A stretch of DNA of 64,000 nucleotides from a virus. Each line of letters starts with the position of its first letter. The first letter of the stretch is position 1. A program made the translations under genes and the position numbers. The notes under the pieces are model-generated. The model was not told the origin of the DNA and searched no databases. It worked only from the letters and a program-made list of their open reading frames with translations. Below, piece after piece: positions 36,801-46,043 of this stretch. The stretch is taken from IMG/VR virus record IMGVR_UViG_3300044966_000489; one strand, given 5' to 3'.

Positions 36801-39375
36801 TAGAATATTGATAAGGATTTTCTCTTACAACTCTAACTTCATCTATATAACCGCTCCAATAATTAGCAGGAGTATTTGCATAATCTCTTCCAATATAAAT
36901 ATCAAAAACTGGATTTGTTAAACTCTTGTCGGCATTTAAACTAAAATCAAGATTAGAAGTAGCAAAGTTCAAATTGTAATTAATTCCAGATAAATTAATT
37001 GGTGCGCCATTCAATAATATCTTTCCACTAATACTGCTTCTATTAAAGTAGCTCTTACAAATTGAAAGTCGATTCCAGTCGCTTGTATTTATTTGTCCAG
37101 AAAAGTTTGAATTAAATCCATCCCAATCAATACCAGACACGACTAATTGATTAGAAGTGACAAAGACATTTAATCCACTTTGACTACCTATCAAGAATTT
37201 TTTATCTGAAGAAGAAAAACTAGCCAATGGTCTAAAGTCTAACTCCACTGCAAAAGTGTTTCCATAGCTTAAAGGAATGTTTGGAGATTGACCAGTAATA
37301 GAAAACTTAATGTATGGTCCGGGGCTTCCAGAAAATAAGAAGCTTCTGTCGTCATATTTTGACGTATTGTTGCTTATTCTTACAGAGCTAGAAGCTGTTA
37401 AATCTTTTGCGTTTCTAAATGTCGATTGATAAGAATAGCTATTTGAATTTTCTGTAGCCTCAACTAATGAATTAGCGTCTCCAGTGTCTTGGAAAAGAAT
37501 TTGCGTTTCTGGATACATATTGTGACCAATGATTTCTACTGAACCGCCAATGTAATTTTCAAATGTAGAAACATTTTTTATCATTGGATCTGCTTTTATT
37601 ATTTCAAAATTCTTAAACAAGAAGTCTCTTCCTCCTGAATTTTTTATCGTAATATCGTAACATCCAGCATCAGCATTCGTTCCAGTAAAAGTTAAACTAG
37701 AACCAACAGAGTTTTTTACAAAAGCAGAGATTGGAAATACCTTGTTATAAAGTCCATAATTGTAATCTTCTACATAACCAGATATGTCTCTAATCTTAGA
37801 TAGTTGAGTTCTATCTCCTCTATAATCATAATCAGAATAATTACCTTGCAGCAATATAACTGTATTTTGAGTATCAAATAATCCAGAACCAGTCATTACT
37901 TGACCAATAGAACTATATAATCCAGCACCTTTAATAATTCTGAAATCTTCTATATATCCAGAAAATGGATTTACTCCATAAGCTCCATAAGAACCCGTAT
38001 TATGAGTTCCAATAAATAAGCCGCTACCCGCTGTTATTGTATAAGGAGTTCCAGCAGAAACAGTAGAAAAAGATTGCCTATTAGTACCGCTTATTGCCAC
38101 AAATGTATCACCATTTGCAGAAGTTCTAGATATTATTACTTTAGTCCATTGATTTGCTGGAATCAAAGAAGTCGCAATTGTAGCTTTAGCTGAATTACTA
38201 GCGTAAAATGTCCAATTAGTGCTTGCAGCAGCTTTATAAAAATAAAAACCATTTCCATCCCATCCTTGATCTTGGAACATATCAATTCTTGGAGTTGAAG
38301 TGTATGGCAATGGATTAACTGAAAATTCTATAGTAAATGGATCTGCTCCAAAACTAAAATCACCACCAGAAGGAGAAGGAATTTGCAGATAAGAACTTCC
38401 GCTAAACAGTAAAGATCTACCAAAAAGCCCAACTTGAGAACTTCTAACTCCGCTATTTAATATAGTTTTTGGTTGTCTATAGTTTAGTCCGCTTAGAGTA
38501 ATTCCAGTAGCGTAATTAAAGTTTTTACCGATGGCAATATTAGATTGTCCAGAATTTAAATAGTAATTTAAAGCATTAAATACAACAGGAGCTTTAAGAA
38601 CAGTTATTTGATTTCTGGAAGTAAAAGTAGTGTCGTCTTTTGAATTTATTGTTACAAATCCAGCATTAGCATTTACAGGAACAACGCCCGAAATAATATC
38701 TCCACCTCCAGTAAAAGGAGCAGTCACAAATCCAGTAACTCCATTGTCTACAGAAGTAGTAAAGTTGACAGGGAAGTAGCTTTGATTTACATAAGACAAG
38801 TTAAAATTATTTCCAGATATTCTAAGTATGTCTCCTTCATATGGCAGATTATCACTAAATCCACTTATATAAATGCGACCATAAAAATTAAAATCACTAG
38901 CTACGGAAACTATTCCAGTATTATTATAACCGCTAACTCTAATTGGACCTGTTGTATAACCACTTGGAACCTTAACTAATAGAACGCCGCTATCTGGTTG
39001 ATAAGATAGATTTGTTCCAGTGATATTATTAAAGGATACATATTGTACGCCACTTAATGATTTGCCACTTACTGCAACAAATTGACCAACCTCTTGTGTT
39101 TGTGGTATTATGGCATCCAATCTTGGTATTGGAAAAAAGTCTACTCCACTTACATACATTGGAGAAGAGACCGAATTTCCAGTAATAAAATAAAATTTAG
39201 CCTGACCAAAAGCTACATTTTCTGGAACGTTAAATTCAATATATTCTGGTGAAGCGTCGTAATAAGAAAAATCAATGAAGCCAGCACCGGGAAGCTGCAA
39301 TCCACTTACTGCATAAAGACCCGCGCCCGTGACGCGCATCTTTTGATTTATTAAACCTGTATTGTAGCTTGGCAT
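33865..39375 (-). CDS. Large virion fibre/adhesin with IPT/TIG repeats and two LamG-like domains
   Basis: Repeated P..G..ITLSGxNL/F; DFSFGADPFTIEF..FSGYIEDFRI and WSGYIDEVRV LamG signatures. Confidence 0.75.
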   Translation of the reverse strand: MPSYNTGLINQKMRVTGAGLYAVSGLQLPGAGFIDFSYYDASPEYIEFNVPENVAFGQAKFYFITGNSVSSPMYVSGVDFFPIPRLDAIIPQTQEVGQFVAVSGKSLSGVQYVSFNNITGTNLSYQPDSGVLLVKVPSGYTTGPIRVSGYNNTGIVSVASDFNFYGRIYISGFSDNLPYEGDILRISGNNFNLSYVNQSYFPVNFTTSVDNGVTGFVTAPFTGGGDIISGVVPVNANAGFVTINSKDDTTFTSRNQITVLKAPVVFNALNYYLNSGQSNIAIGKNFNYATGITLSGLNYRQPKTILNSGVRSSQVGLFGRSLLFSGSSYLQIPSPSGGDFSFGADPFTIEFSVNPLPYTSTPRIDMFQDQGWDGNGFYFYKAAASTNWTFYASNSAKATIATSLIPANQWTKVIISRTSANGDTFVAISGTNRQSFSTVSAGTPYTITAGSGLFIGTHNTGSYGAYGVNPFSGYIEDFRIIKGAGLYSSIGQVMTGSGLFDTQNTVILLQGNYSDYDYRGDRTQLSKIRDISGYVEDYNYGLYNKVFPISAFVKNSVGSSLTFTGTNADAGCYDITIKNSGGRDFLFKNFEIIKADPMIKNVSTFENYIGGSVEIIGHNMYPETQILFQDTGDANSLVEATENSNSYSYQSTFRNAKDLTASSSVRISNNTSKYDDRSFLFSGSPGPYIKFSITGQSPNIPLSYGNTFAVELDFRPLASFSSSDKKFLIGSQSGLNVFVTSNQLVVSGIDWDGFNSNFSGQINTSDWNRLSICKSYFNRSSISGKILLNGAPINLSGINYNLNFATSNLDFSLNADKSLTNPVFDIYIGRDYANTPANYWSGYIDEVRVVRENPYQYSNFAPIRRARNNSNTEVLIHANADLIDDNVRTFGYLSLNTPNLSSTRKTNLVLDNTYSRITGGFDKQFTFLKTPTITGIYPALLTQGQPATGYGSDIYYVGSINIGSYPVSNYTISQDGSEFSQRIVFTVPDFAQSGDSLSINSNYYNYTYPSGLPIASGTLVVDGFSPITGVANTLITLSGKFLNTVTSIELGRQDGAYKVITAFRRQSISGLSFFIPQVYDITDGPIVVNGSTRVTTTDSLTFINPIISKITPNSAYFNDSITLSGSNLSSLDFYGVGFNNEIIKYPHVVAPTSTGALIRVPRDVKKGVFRFFNSGTTVEIKGFSPSFNPSTTVSGSNTDTYRTRDIILVTGINAHNFQTRDLYISGFNNLTNKTGQYLISQAMSVADISTLSGLAQPYTGYSILSGNLNIVSDVSSQIPDLGLLLSGSDTIGIGTTVSSNSYITLDGYVGSGQIFFQRNSFDADNMYKTITIKAPSISTSSLNILTGTYRSLITLTGENLNYVTGIKFEGVGTLARGASGAIATSFPYLAVNYKSGITVVTDSRDLNSSVIYKDYGQLKFYPPSMAGKNLHGKDVEDIRPISGMFYLQTYLGEEYPVTGNFNYIPFISINDAYLNNNLTYRLDGTTQVSGWDGSVITFNGEGVRYLTGVNFFTKVNGVLVENFPTVFQFNKKQAKINFFNSAGGNITGYSIISGGAGYASSAISIGFTDGGAGVPTANALVSFMPPYVGQVTGVDIIFNPTSSTPNFWQGNNAIVSNPSSGFILKNPPANLIFSGNNFAAQSGDGSKYYAYYSPSVTFPLDNGFVVGEKLDMRLANYGAVYETTDQPFLTIQNPNNFARIADIILTGNQYVGKNNLTLRYDEIYSNDDADFNSMDLQLKTSILYPTGYNGKRFMLTTTKPSKNGKYLRVDFSTNIPPSGDYVIANDPIDSKYLKLRIETINSEASLFKGLGTVSSSSKIFAGSVGAGSSSPGIGVS

Positions 39376-39376
39376 A

Positions 39377-40456
39377 TTATAATCCTTGAAACTGCGTAGA
39401 TAATCTTATATCATTAACAGATACACTTGTTTTAAAGTTAAAAATAGAAGAAGAAGTCGTCTCTTCTGTCTCTATGAAAATAGCAGCAGCACCTTTTAAA
39501 CTTGTAGGAGCAACCGCAGTAAGCAAAGAAGTAGAAACCGGAGTAAAAGAAGCTGCCTCTGTGTTTCCAAAAAGAATCCTTTTAACGTTTATAAAATTAC
39601 TTCCATTTATTGTCACGGTGGCTCCGGGCAATATAACTCTTGGAGTGAAATCAGTTATTGCTGGTCTAAAATGCGAGAAGTCTTGTTTTAAAGAAAACTC
39701 AGATCTTATGTATCCTTGAGACTCGACAGAAGATCTTTTAGAGGAAATTATTCCCGCAAAAGACAATGTATCAAGAGGAACTGCCCCTGTTTGAAGCGAA
39801 ATATAAAAGTCGCAAGGAACTCCAGAATATGGGAGAGAAACATTAAAGTTATCTATCTCAAAAGAAACCGATTGAGACCTCTTTCCAAGATAAGCCCTAC
39901 CGCTTTGATCAAAAGTAGAAGCTCCTTCTTTATTGTACTTCTGGACCTCTCTTTGGTATTGATAGCTAAAATTTGTAAAATTATAACCGTTAGAATCAAA
40001 AGCAGTACCATCTAGATTTCCAGACAGATAAAAATTTGAAAAATTTAAGGGTGTAATTTCTGGCACATTGGCCGGGGCAGTAGGAGAAAAAGAGCCTTTT
40101 AATGTTTCAAAAACTTTAAGCTCAAGATCTACTTTAGCTAAAGAATCTGGAGACCCTTTTATAGAATAGCTTGTAACGTAACCACTTTGGAAATATAGAC
40201 CACAAAAATTTCCAGAAATACCCTGCTCAGAATTTGCGCCTAAAAGATATTCCTTAACAAAGTCTTTTCCTGTCAAGTAATAAGAAATAGAAAAACTTGT
40301 ATCTACTGTATCTTCTGGAGAATATGTATAAGAGTTCTTTTTAAATTCTTCATTATAAACAGGAGTGTTACTTGAATCAAGAGACATATTTACATTAGTG
40401 GCTAGTATGTCTACGCCACTTAGCTTAAATGTGCAATTTTTATAGTTGAAAAACAT
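39377..40456 (-). CDS. Tail tube-like structural protein with C-terminal IPT/TIG domain
   Basis: FQSGYVTSYS motif shared with 41270-42088; ITDFTP..GATVTINGSNF. Confidence 0.5.
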   Translation of the reverse strand: MFFNYKNCTFKLSGVDILATNVNMSLDSSNTPVYNEEFKKNSYTYSPEDTVDTSFSISYYLTGKDFVKEYLLGANSEQGISGNFCGLYFQSGYVTSYSIKGSPDSLAKVDLELKVFETLKGSFSPTAPANVPEITPLNFSNFYLSGNLDGTAFDSNGYNFTNFSYQYQREVQKYNKEGASTFDQSGRAYLGKRSQSVSFEIDNFNVSLPYSGVPCDFYISLQTGAVPLDTLSFAGIISSKRSSVESQGYIRSEFSLKQDFSHFRPAITDFTPRVILPGATVTINGSNFINVKRILFGNTEAASFTPVSTSLLTAVAPTSLKGAAAIFIETEETTSSSIFNFKTSVSVNDIRLSTQFQGL

Positions 40457-41260
40457 TTAGAAACTCCTTTTTAATGATATTTTATTTTTAGCGAAATCGT
40501 CAATATTAATTGATAGATTGGAAGAGTCAATCTTACTTCCTGAAGTGTTGATAATCATTATTGATTGATCGCCAAAAGTAGTTATGTTTATCTTGGCGTT
40601 TTCTGCTGTTGATAAGTCTGCGTTAGAGAAATTTGAATTAAAATTTTCTACAGTAAAATCAAACGTTTCTTCTCCAGCGGACAAATCAACTTGTCTTGGT
40701 CTTTGTTGACCGACTGAATAAATTGGATTCCAGTTGATAGAGATGCCGTAGTTGAAGTCTAAAACATTATAAAGAGCGGCTGTTCCTGAGACTTTAGCAT
40801 TCCACGAATGAGCTATGCCTGATCCGCTGGCTAAATTATTAATTGCAGTTTTGTCATTAATACTTCCAGAAAGATTAGAAAAACTAGAAAGAGAAACAGA
40901 AGCTTGTACTTTTGAATTAGGATTTACTGTCAATGAATATCTAGAAGGATAAAAAGACCCACTTACCCCTGCCAAAACAACCTGAACAGGAACAACTGCT
41001 TCAGGAAAGCTACCAGTAAAAATTCCTGTTTTTATGTAATCGAAACATTTATATATAGGATCAGAGATGTTTGGAAAATAAGTAAACTCAATATTAGTCT
41101 CATCTGCTTTAGTTTTAAACATCTGAGACGAGTTTTGTCTTCCGATTACATAAGTAGAATTTATGTTTCTATTTACTCCAATAGAAGTATTCTGAGCCAG
41201 AACTAGTCCTGACCCAAAACGCGAATTAAATATTACTTCACACTCATTAAAATATTTCAT
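40457..41260 (-). CDS. Tail tube-like structural protein
   Basis: Beta-rich, similar layout to its neighbours (Y.IG, YP..YSL, NPIYSVG). Confidence 0.45.
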   Translation of the reverse strand: MKYFNECEVIFNSRFGSGLVLAQNTSIGVNRNINSTYVIGRQNSSQMFKTKADETNIEFTYFPNISDPIYKCFDYIKTGIFTGSFPEAVVPVQVVLAGVSGSFYPSRYSLTVNPNSKVQASVSLSSFSNLSGSINDKTAINNLASGSGIAHSWNAKVSGTAALYNVLDFNYGISINWNPIYSVGQQRPRQVDLSAGEETFDFTVENFNSNFSNADLSTAENAKINITTFGDQSIMIINTSGSKIDSSNLSINIDDFAKNKISLKRSF

Positions 41261-41269
41261 CCTTTTGCC

Positions 41270-42088
41270 TTATTTCAGATAGCCCCTGTACCTTACCGTT
41301 ATTCCTACAGGAGAATTTACACTAGCAGAGAAGTCTTCGGAAACGTCAATGAAATAACATAACGAACTTCCAAAATTAAAGTTTACTGAATTACCATTAA
41401 AATCTTTAGTGTTAATATAAAAATTACTTATATTCTTCAAGTTATAAGACAAATCAGACAGCTTTTGAAGCACATAGTTGTCTTGAGCTATATTAAAATC
41501 ACAACTCACTTCAAGAGGGTAAATACTTTTAACAGAAAAAGGAGTGGAAGAGCCTAAGTAATAGGCGGGATTTCTATTAACTGCTATGCTTAAATTGAAA
41601 GAATTGACTCTATTTGTTGTGAAATCATTTATTCCTATATCAATAGTGTTTGAGTTTACCAATGCTGTTGAGCTAGTTTGATTAAAAGAACCCGCCGAAG
41701 AAATTGAACCAGCATCATTAAAAATTTGAAAATCTGCTCTAACAGTAGGAATTTCTCCGATTTGGGCACCGCAAGTATAAGAAGTTAAATATCCACTTTG
41801 AAATCCAAATAGGATATTAGAACTAGGATTAGCCTTCTTGGTTACGAAGCCATAATTTCCAGCTTCCCCTGTGCAACCAAGAAAATCATTGGACGTTGTT
41901 AATAAACTAGTCACAGACAAATTAGCAGCCTTTGCTCCTTCTGGAGTGTAAAAGCTGCTATTCATACCAAGATATTTGGTATGTTGAACTGGCATTTGAT
42001 AGGAAGCCTGAATCTCCTGAACGCCATGAACTTGGCTTTGATTCAAGTAAAAATCCAAGTTCTGCTTATTTAGTCGAGATAATGCCAT
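41270..42088 (-). CDS. Tail tube-like structural protein
   Basis: GVQ.I..SY, FQSGYLTSY, R.P.YYLG..P. Confidence 0.45.
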   Translation of the reverse strand: MALSRLNKQNLDFYLNQSQVHGVQEIQASYQMPVQHTKYLGMNSSFYTPEGAKAANLSVTSLLTTSNDFLGCTGEAGNYGFVTKKANPSSNILFGFQSGYLTSYTCGAQIGEIPTVRADFQIFNDAGSISSAGSFNQTSSTALVNSNTIDIGINDFTTNRVNSFNLSIAVNRNPAYYLGSSTPFSVKSIYPLEVSCDFNIAQDNYVLQKLSDLSYNLKNISNFYINTKDFNGNSVNFNFGSSLCYFIDVSEDFSASVNSPVGITVRYRGYLK

Positions 42089-42093
42089 CTTAT

Positions 42094-42125
42094 TTTATTA
42101 TTTACACAAAAAAGTGTAATAATAA
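42094..42125. promoter_or_regulatory. Back-to-back candidate late promoters between divergent tail operons
   Basis: TTATTATTTACAC-aaaaaa-GTGTAATAATAA, i.e. GTGTAA(A)TAATAA on both strands. Confidence 0.6.
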
Positions 42126-42145
42126 GTTGGTAAAAGGTAAAAGGT

Positions 42146-42700
42146 ATGTCTAGTTCAATTTTTAATATTAGCTCATGGAGCAATTCTGTCGCATACAATA
42201 AGCATGACATTATTGTGTATACAGATAATCGATACTATTATGCCAAAGCTGGCGTACCCACAAATAATCCTCCAGTCTATTCTAATGTAATCTCTAATAC
42301 TGATGCTTACTGGGGAGGATATTTTCAACACCCAGTCGTCAAGAAAGACTACCCTTTGTTTATTTGGAAGCCTTCTTATCAAACTCAAGCAAATTTTGAT
42401 CCCAAAGTTAATGTAATAAAATATGGAGATGGATACGAAAAGAGAGTTAGCGATCAAATAAACTTTAATCTTCTTAATTTTGAATTAAACTTTGATGGAT
42501 TAACTCTAGATGAATGTACTGCAATACTGCACTTTTTAAGTGCTAGATCTGCGAAAACAGCTTTCATTTACTACCCATCTGCGCCTTATTCAGTTGCATC
42601 AACTGATGCCAAGCTATTTGTTTGTAGAAGATGGAGTTCATCTAATCCATTTTTTAATAACTTTTCCATAAAGGCTACGTTCGAAGAAGTACCAGCATAA
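42146..42700 (+). CDS. Minor tail protein, lambda gpM-like
   Basis: PKV..IKYGDGYE.R, FL.AR....F.Y.P, C..W, IKATFEEV. Confidence 0.85.
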   Translation: MSSSIFNISSWSNSVAYNKHDIIVYTDNRYYYAKAGVPTNNPPVYSNVISNTDAYWGGYFQHPVVKKDYPLFIWKPSYQTQANFDPKVNVIKYGDGYEKRVSDQINFNLLNFELNFDGLTLDECTAILHFLSARSAKTAFIYYPSAPYSVASTDAKLFVCRRWSSSNPFFNNFSIKATFEEVPA

Positions 42701-42704
42701 TCCT

Positions 42705-43826
42705 ATGGCTACTCAACAAGACAAAGATTCATCTTTAAAAGTAAACAGAGAGTTCTTTTCTCTTGAGCCTTCTTCGATAATTTCTTTATTTGAAGTAGAC
42801 TTAACTGAAATTGGATTTGATACTGCTTCTCAGTTTGTAGTTAACATTAAGAATTTTCAAATATCATTGCCGGGAGCAGAAACTGGTGTTTTTAATTATA
42901 GGGTAATTCGCCTTCATAATAATTTAAAGCTCGGAAGAAACATCATTTACTGGAAAGGAAATGCGTATCTACCTGCTCCGCTTTCTACAGAGGGTTTTGA
43001 AATAGCTTCAAGAGGCGTATTTCCTAAGCCTAAAGTTCAGATCAGTTTTTCTGATGATATGCTTGATGTGTTTAGCTTATTTAGAGGAACTGTTAATTTT
43101 GGAGATTTAATTGGAGCTAAGTTTACTAGAATTAGAACATTTGCTAAATTTCTTGACAGATCAAATTTCTATCAAAACGACGGAACCTCTCCTCTGTCGC
43201 CAGATAGACTTATAATACCAGAAGGATTTGATCCTGATCCTAATTGCGAGTTTCCTAGGGATATTTATTATTTTGATAGAAAATCTTCTGAAAACAAAAA
43301 TAGTATTCAATTTGAACTATCAAGTGCTATAGATCTAGACAGAGCTAAACTCCCTAAACGAAGAGTATTAAGTTATATTTGTCCTTGGCAATATAGAGGA
43401 GAAGGCTGTCTCTATGAATATAAAGAAAAACTAACTGAAGATACTCATGGCACTATAACTCCAATACCAAATAAAAGCGATTCTACTGGAGAAAAAGCTC
43501 CTGTTTGCGCCACTGAAGATGATCAAATAATCTCAAAGATGCCAATCTTTTCTGGCACAACAGTAGGAACTAATAAAATAGAATCTTGGAAACTCTCAAC
43601 AACTTATAACAAAGGCGACGTAGTAGTTATTAATAAGAAAAATATTAATTTCTATTTTGTTGCCAAGACAAACGTTCCCATGAATATCCCACCTCCAAAT
43701 GGACAATACTGGATAGCTGACCAATGCTCTAAGAGTATAAAAGGATGTAAGATTAGATTTGGAGAAAATGCTTTACCTTTTGGCGGATTCTATGGAGTAT
43801 CTAATTACAATAGAGGAGCATTGTAA
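42705..43826 (+). CDS. Minor tail protein, lambda gpL-like
   Basis: RTFAKFLD..NF, DP..EFP, FELSS, CPWQYRGEGC and DQCSKSIKGCKIRF..LPFGGF (four Fe-S cysteines). Confidence 0.9.
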   Translation: MATQQDKDSSLKVNREFFSLEPSSIISLFEVDLTEIGFDTASQFVVNIKNFQISLPGAETGVFNYRVIRLHNNLKLGRNIIYWKGNAYLPAPLSTEGFEIASRGVFPKPKVQISFSDDMLDVFSLFRGTVNFGDLIGAKFTRIRTFAKFLDRSNFYQNDGTSPLSPDRLIIPEGFDPDPNCEFPRDIYYFDRKSSENKNSIQFELSSAIDLDRAKLPKRRVLSYICPWQYRGEGCLYEYKEKLTEDTHGTITPIPNKSDSTGEKAPVCATEDDQIISKMPIFSGTTVGTNKIESWKLSTTYNKGDVVVINKKNINFYFVAKTNVPMNIPPPNGQYWIADQCSKSIKGCKIRFGENALPFGGFYGVSNYNRGAL

Positions 43827-44584
43827 TGGTTTCGGATGAAATAAAAGCAAAAATAAAAGAACACGCACTAAAGGAAAATCCTGAAGAATGCTGCGGTCTT
43901 TTAGTGCTGAATAGAAAAAATATCCTAGAAGCATTTCCATGCAGGAATGTTGCCCAAGATAAAGAAAACGAATTCATTGTATGTCAAATGGACTACTTGA
44001 AAGCAACGATGAATGGCAGAATTACTGGAATTTATCATTCACACTGCATACAAGATAACTCTTTTTCAGAACTAGACAAACAAATAAGCCATAAACTTAA
44101 TCTAAAGAATGTAGTATATATACTAAAAAAAGACTCTTTTGAAGAATATTCTCCAGAAAACTACTATAATAAATACATAAATAAAAACTTTGTTATAAAT
44201 CAATCTGACTGTTTATCAATAGTAGAAAATTACTATAACGAAGAATTTGGAGTTAAAATTTTTCATTACGAAAGAGGCGCAGATTGGGACAAAAACTATC
44301 CAGAATTTGTTAAAAACAAGTTGATCGCGTTTTGTGAATCAGAGGACTTTGATAAGTTTTTTGAAAAAGAAAACTTCATTAAAATAGAAGGTATAGAAAA
44401 CGCTAAAAAACATGATATTATTGTGTTCAAGTATTTAGATAACTATCCTTCTCATTTTGGTATTTACCTTGAACAAGGTTATATCCTACATCAACCAAGA
44501 AATAAAAAGTCAGTAATAGAAAAACTAACAGACGCAGAGAAGAGAAGAATCTATTGTTTTGCAAGGAGTAAACAATTATGCTAA
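43826..44584 (+). CDS. Tail assembly protein, lambda gpK-like (JAB/MPN plus NlpC/P60), copy 1
   Basis: EECCG, YHSH-x7-S-x2-D, DCLS, HFGIY..ILH. Confidence 0.88.
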   Translation: MVSDEIKAKIKEHALKENPEECCGLLVLNRKNILEAFPCRNVAQDKENEFIVCQMDYLKATMNGRITGIYHSHCIQDNSFSELDKQISHKLNLKNVVYILKKDSFEEYSPENYYNKYINKNFVINQSDCLSIVENYYNEEFGVKIFHYERGADWDKNYPEFVKNKLIAFCESEDFDKFFEKENFIKIEGIENAKKHDIIVFKYLDNYPSHFGIYLEQGYILHQPRNKKSVIEKLTDAEKRRIYCFARSKQLC

Positions 44585-45324
44585 CAGAAGAGCTTAAAAA
44601 TAAAATCATAGAACACGCTAATACTTCTAATAATGAAGTATGTGGCGTTTTAGTACATACAGATAACGGACTAGAGGTACAAAAGAAAGATAACCTTATT
44701 AATTCAGCTACTGAATTTGCGATGGATATTTATAGCCAATCTAATTTTGCGGCTTATTATCATTCTCATATTAATTTTGATTCTATTTCTGATGCAGATA
44801 TAATTGTTTCGGAAAGACTAGGTTTACCTTGTATAGTTTACAATAAACAGAGCGGAACTTTCCATAACTATTATCCCAATGGATACAAAATCCAATACAC
44901 TAAAAGACCTTTCCTTTTAGGATTTGCTGATTGCCTTTGGCTAGTAAAAGATTATTTCTGTCACGATTTAAATATCCATCTATGCCCAGAATTAGAAGTT
45001 CTAAAAGAATCTGTATCTGAAGAAGAATATAACGAGGTCTCGACCAAGAGATTTATAGACGAAGAAGGAGCATTAAAAGAAAAAGATAATTACTTAAAAA
45101 GGTATTTTGAATATAACGGATTTAAAGAAGTTTTTGATTTTAAAAAGAATGATGTTCTAATAATGAGAACAAAAGCTTATAATTTTCCAATACACTGCGC
45201 TGTTTATATTGGAGAAGACACTATTTTGCATCATCCCGGAAATAAGCGTTCTCTTACCGAAAAGCTTTCTAACCAATACAAAAAATGGGTAATTTATATA
45301 ATGAGACATCACCTTTATGACTAG
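44578..45324 (+). CDS. Tail assembly protein, lambda gpK-like (JAB/MPN plus NlpC/P60), copy 2
   Basis: EVCG, YHSH..S..D, RPF..G..DC..LV.DY, HCAVY..ILHH. Confidence 0.88.
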   Translation: MLTEELKNKIIEHANTSNNEVCGVLVHTDNGLEVQKKDNLINSATEFAMDIYSQSNFAAYYHSHINFDSISDADIIVSERLGLPCIVYNKQSGTFHNYYPNGYKIQYTKRPFLLGFADCLWLVKDYFCHDLNIHLCPELEVLKESVSEEEYNEVSTKRFIDEEGALKEKDNYLKRYFEYNGFKEVFDFKKNDVLIMRTKAYNFPIHCAVYIGEDTILHHPGNKRSLTEKLSNQYKKWVIYIMRHHLYD

Positions 45325-46042
45325 TATTACCTTACACGGAGAAATAGCAGAACAAGTAGGAAGAGAAAGTTGGAATTTAAAAGTAAATTCCATAAAGGAA
45401 GCATTGCGAGCTATTCAGGTCTTGTCTAAAGGCAAGCTCTTAAAATATCTAATAGGAGCAGCAGAAAAAAGCGTAGAGTACAAAGTGCTTGTTAATAAGA
45501 GAGAAATAATGAATCCAGAAAATATTTCTCTAGAAAAACCAGACTCTATTCTCAATTCTGAATTAGTAATGATTAATGAAAAGCTAGAAACCTTAGATAT
45601 CGTTCCAATTATTAGGGGTGCTGGTGGGGGAGGCGGAAACAATACAACCAAAGGAGTCTTAGCTTTAGTTCTTGGCGTTTTGTTAATAGCTACAGGCGTT
45701 TTTGCACCTGCTGCATTAGGCTTTGTTGCTGGTTCTACAACAAGCGCAACGATTGCAGGAGCGATGATTGGAGCAGGTATAGGATTAGCTGTAACAGGTA
45801 TTACATTATTAATGATGTCGCCTCCAAAATTTGATGATTTTAGAAAAATACAAGAAGACGGCAGCAAGCCAAACTACTTATTTGATGGACCTTCTAACAT
45901 TCTTGGAGAAGGCGGTCCAGTTCCAATTGGTTACGGTAGAATGAAAATAGGATCTCAGACAGTTGAAGTATCTGTCAATAACATTGAGTTAGATAATAAA
46001 TCAACGGCAGCAGACGTAAAAGCTCAAATAAATAATATATAA
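45317..46042 (+). CDS. Tail assembly protein, lambda gpI-like (ubiquitin-like)
   Basis: ITLHG, IVPIIRGAGGG, hydrophobic stretch, YLFDGP.N..G.PVPIGYG..IGS. Confidence 0.9.
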   Translation: MTSITLHGEIAEQVGRESWNLKVNSIKEALRAIQVLSKGKLLKYLIGAAEKSVEYKVLVNKREIMNPENISLEKPDSILNSELVMINEKLETLDIVPIIRGAGGGGGNNTTKGVLALVLGVLLIATGVFAPAALGFVAGSTTSATIAGAMIGAGIGLAVTGITLLMMSPPKFDDFRKIQEDGSKPNYLFDGPSNILGEGGPVPIGYGRMKIGSQTVEVSVNNIELDNKSTAADVKAQINNI

Positions 46043-46043
46043 A

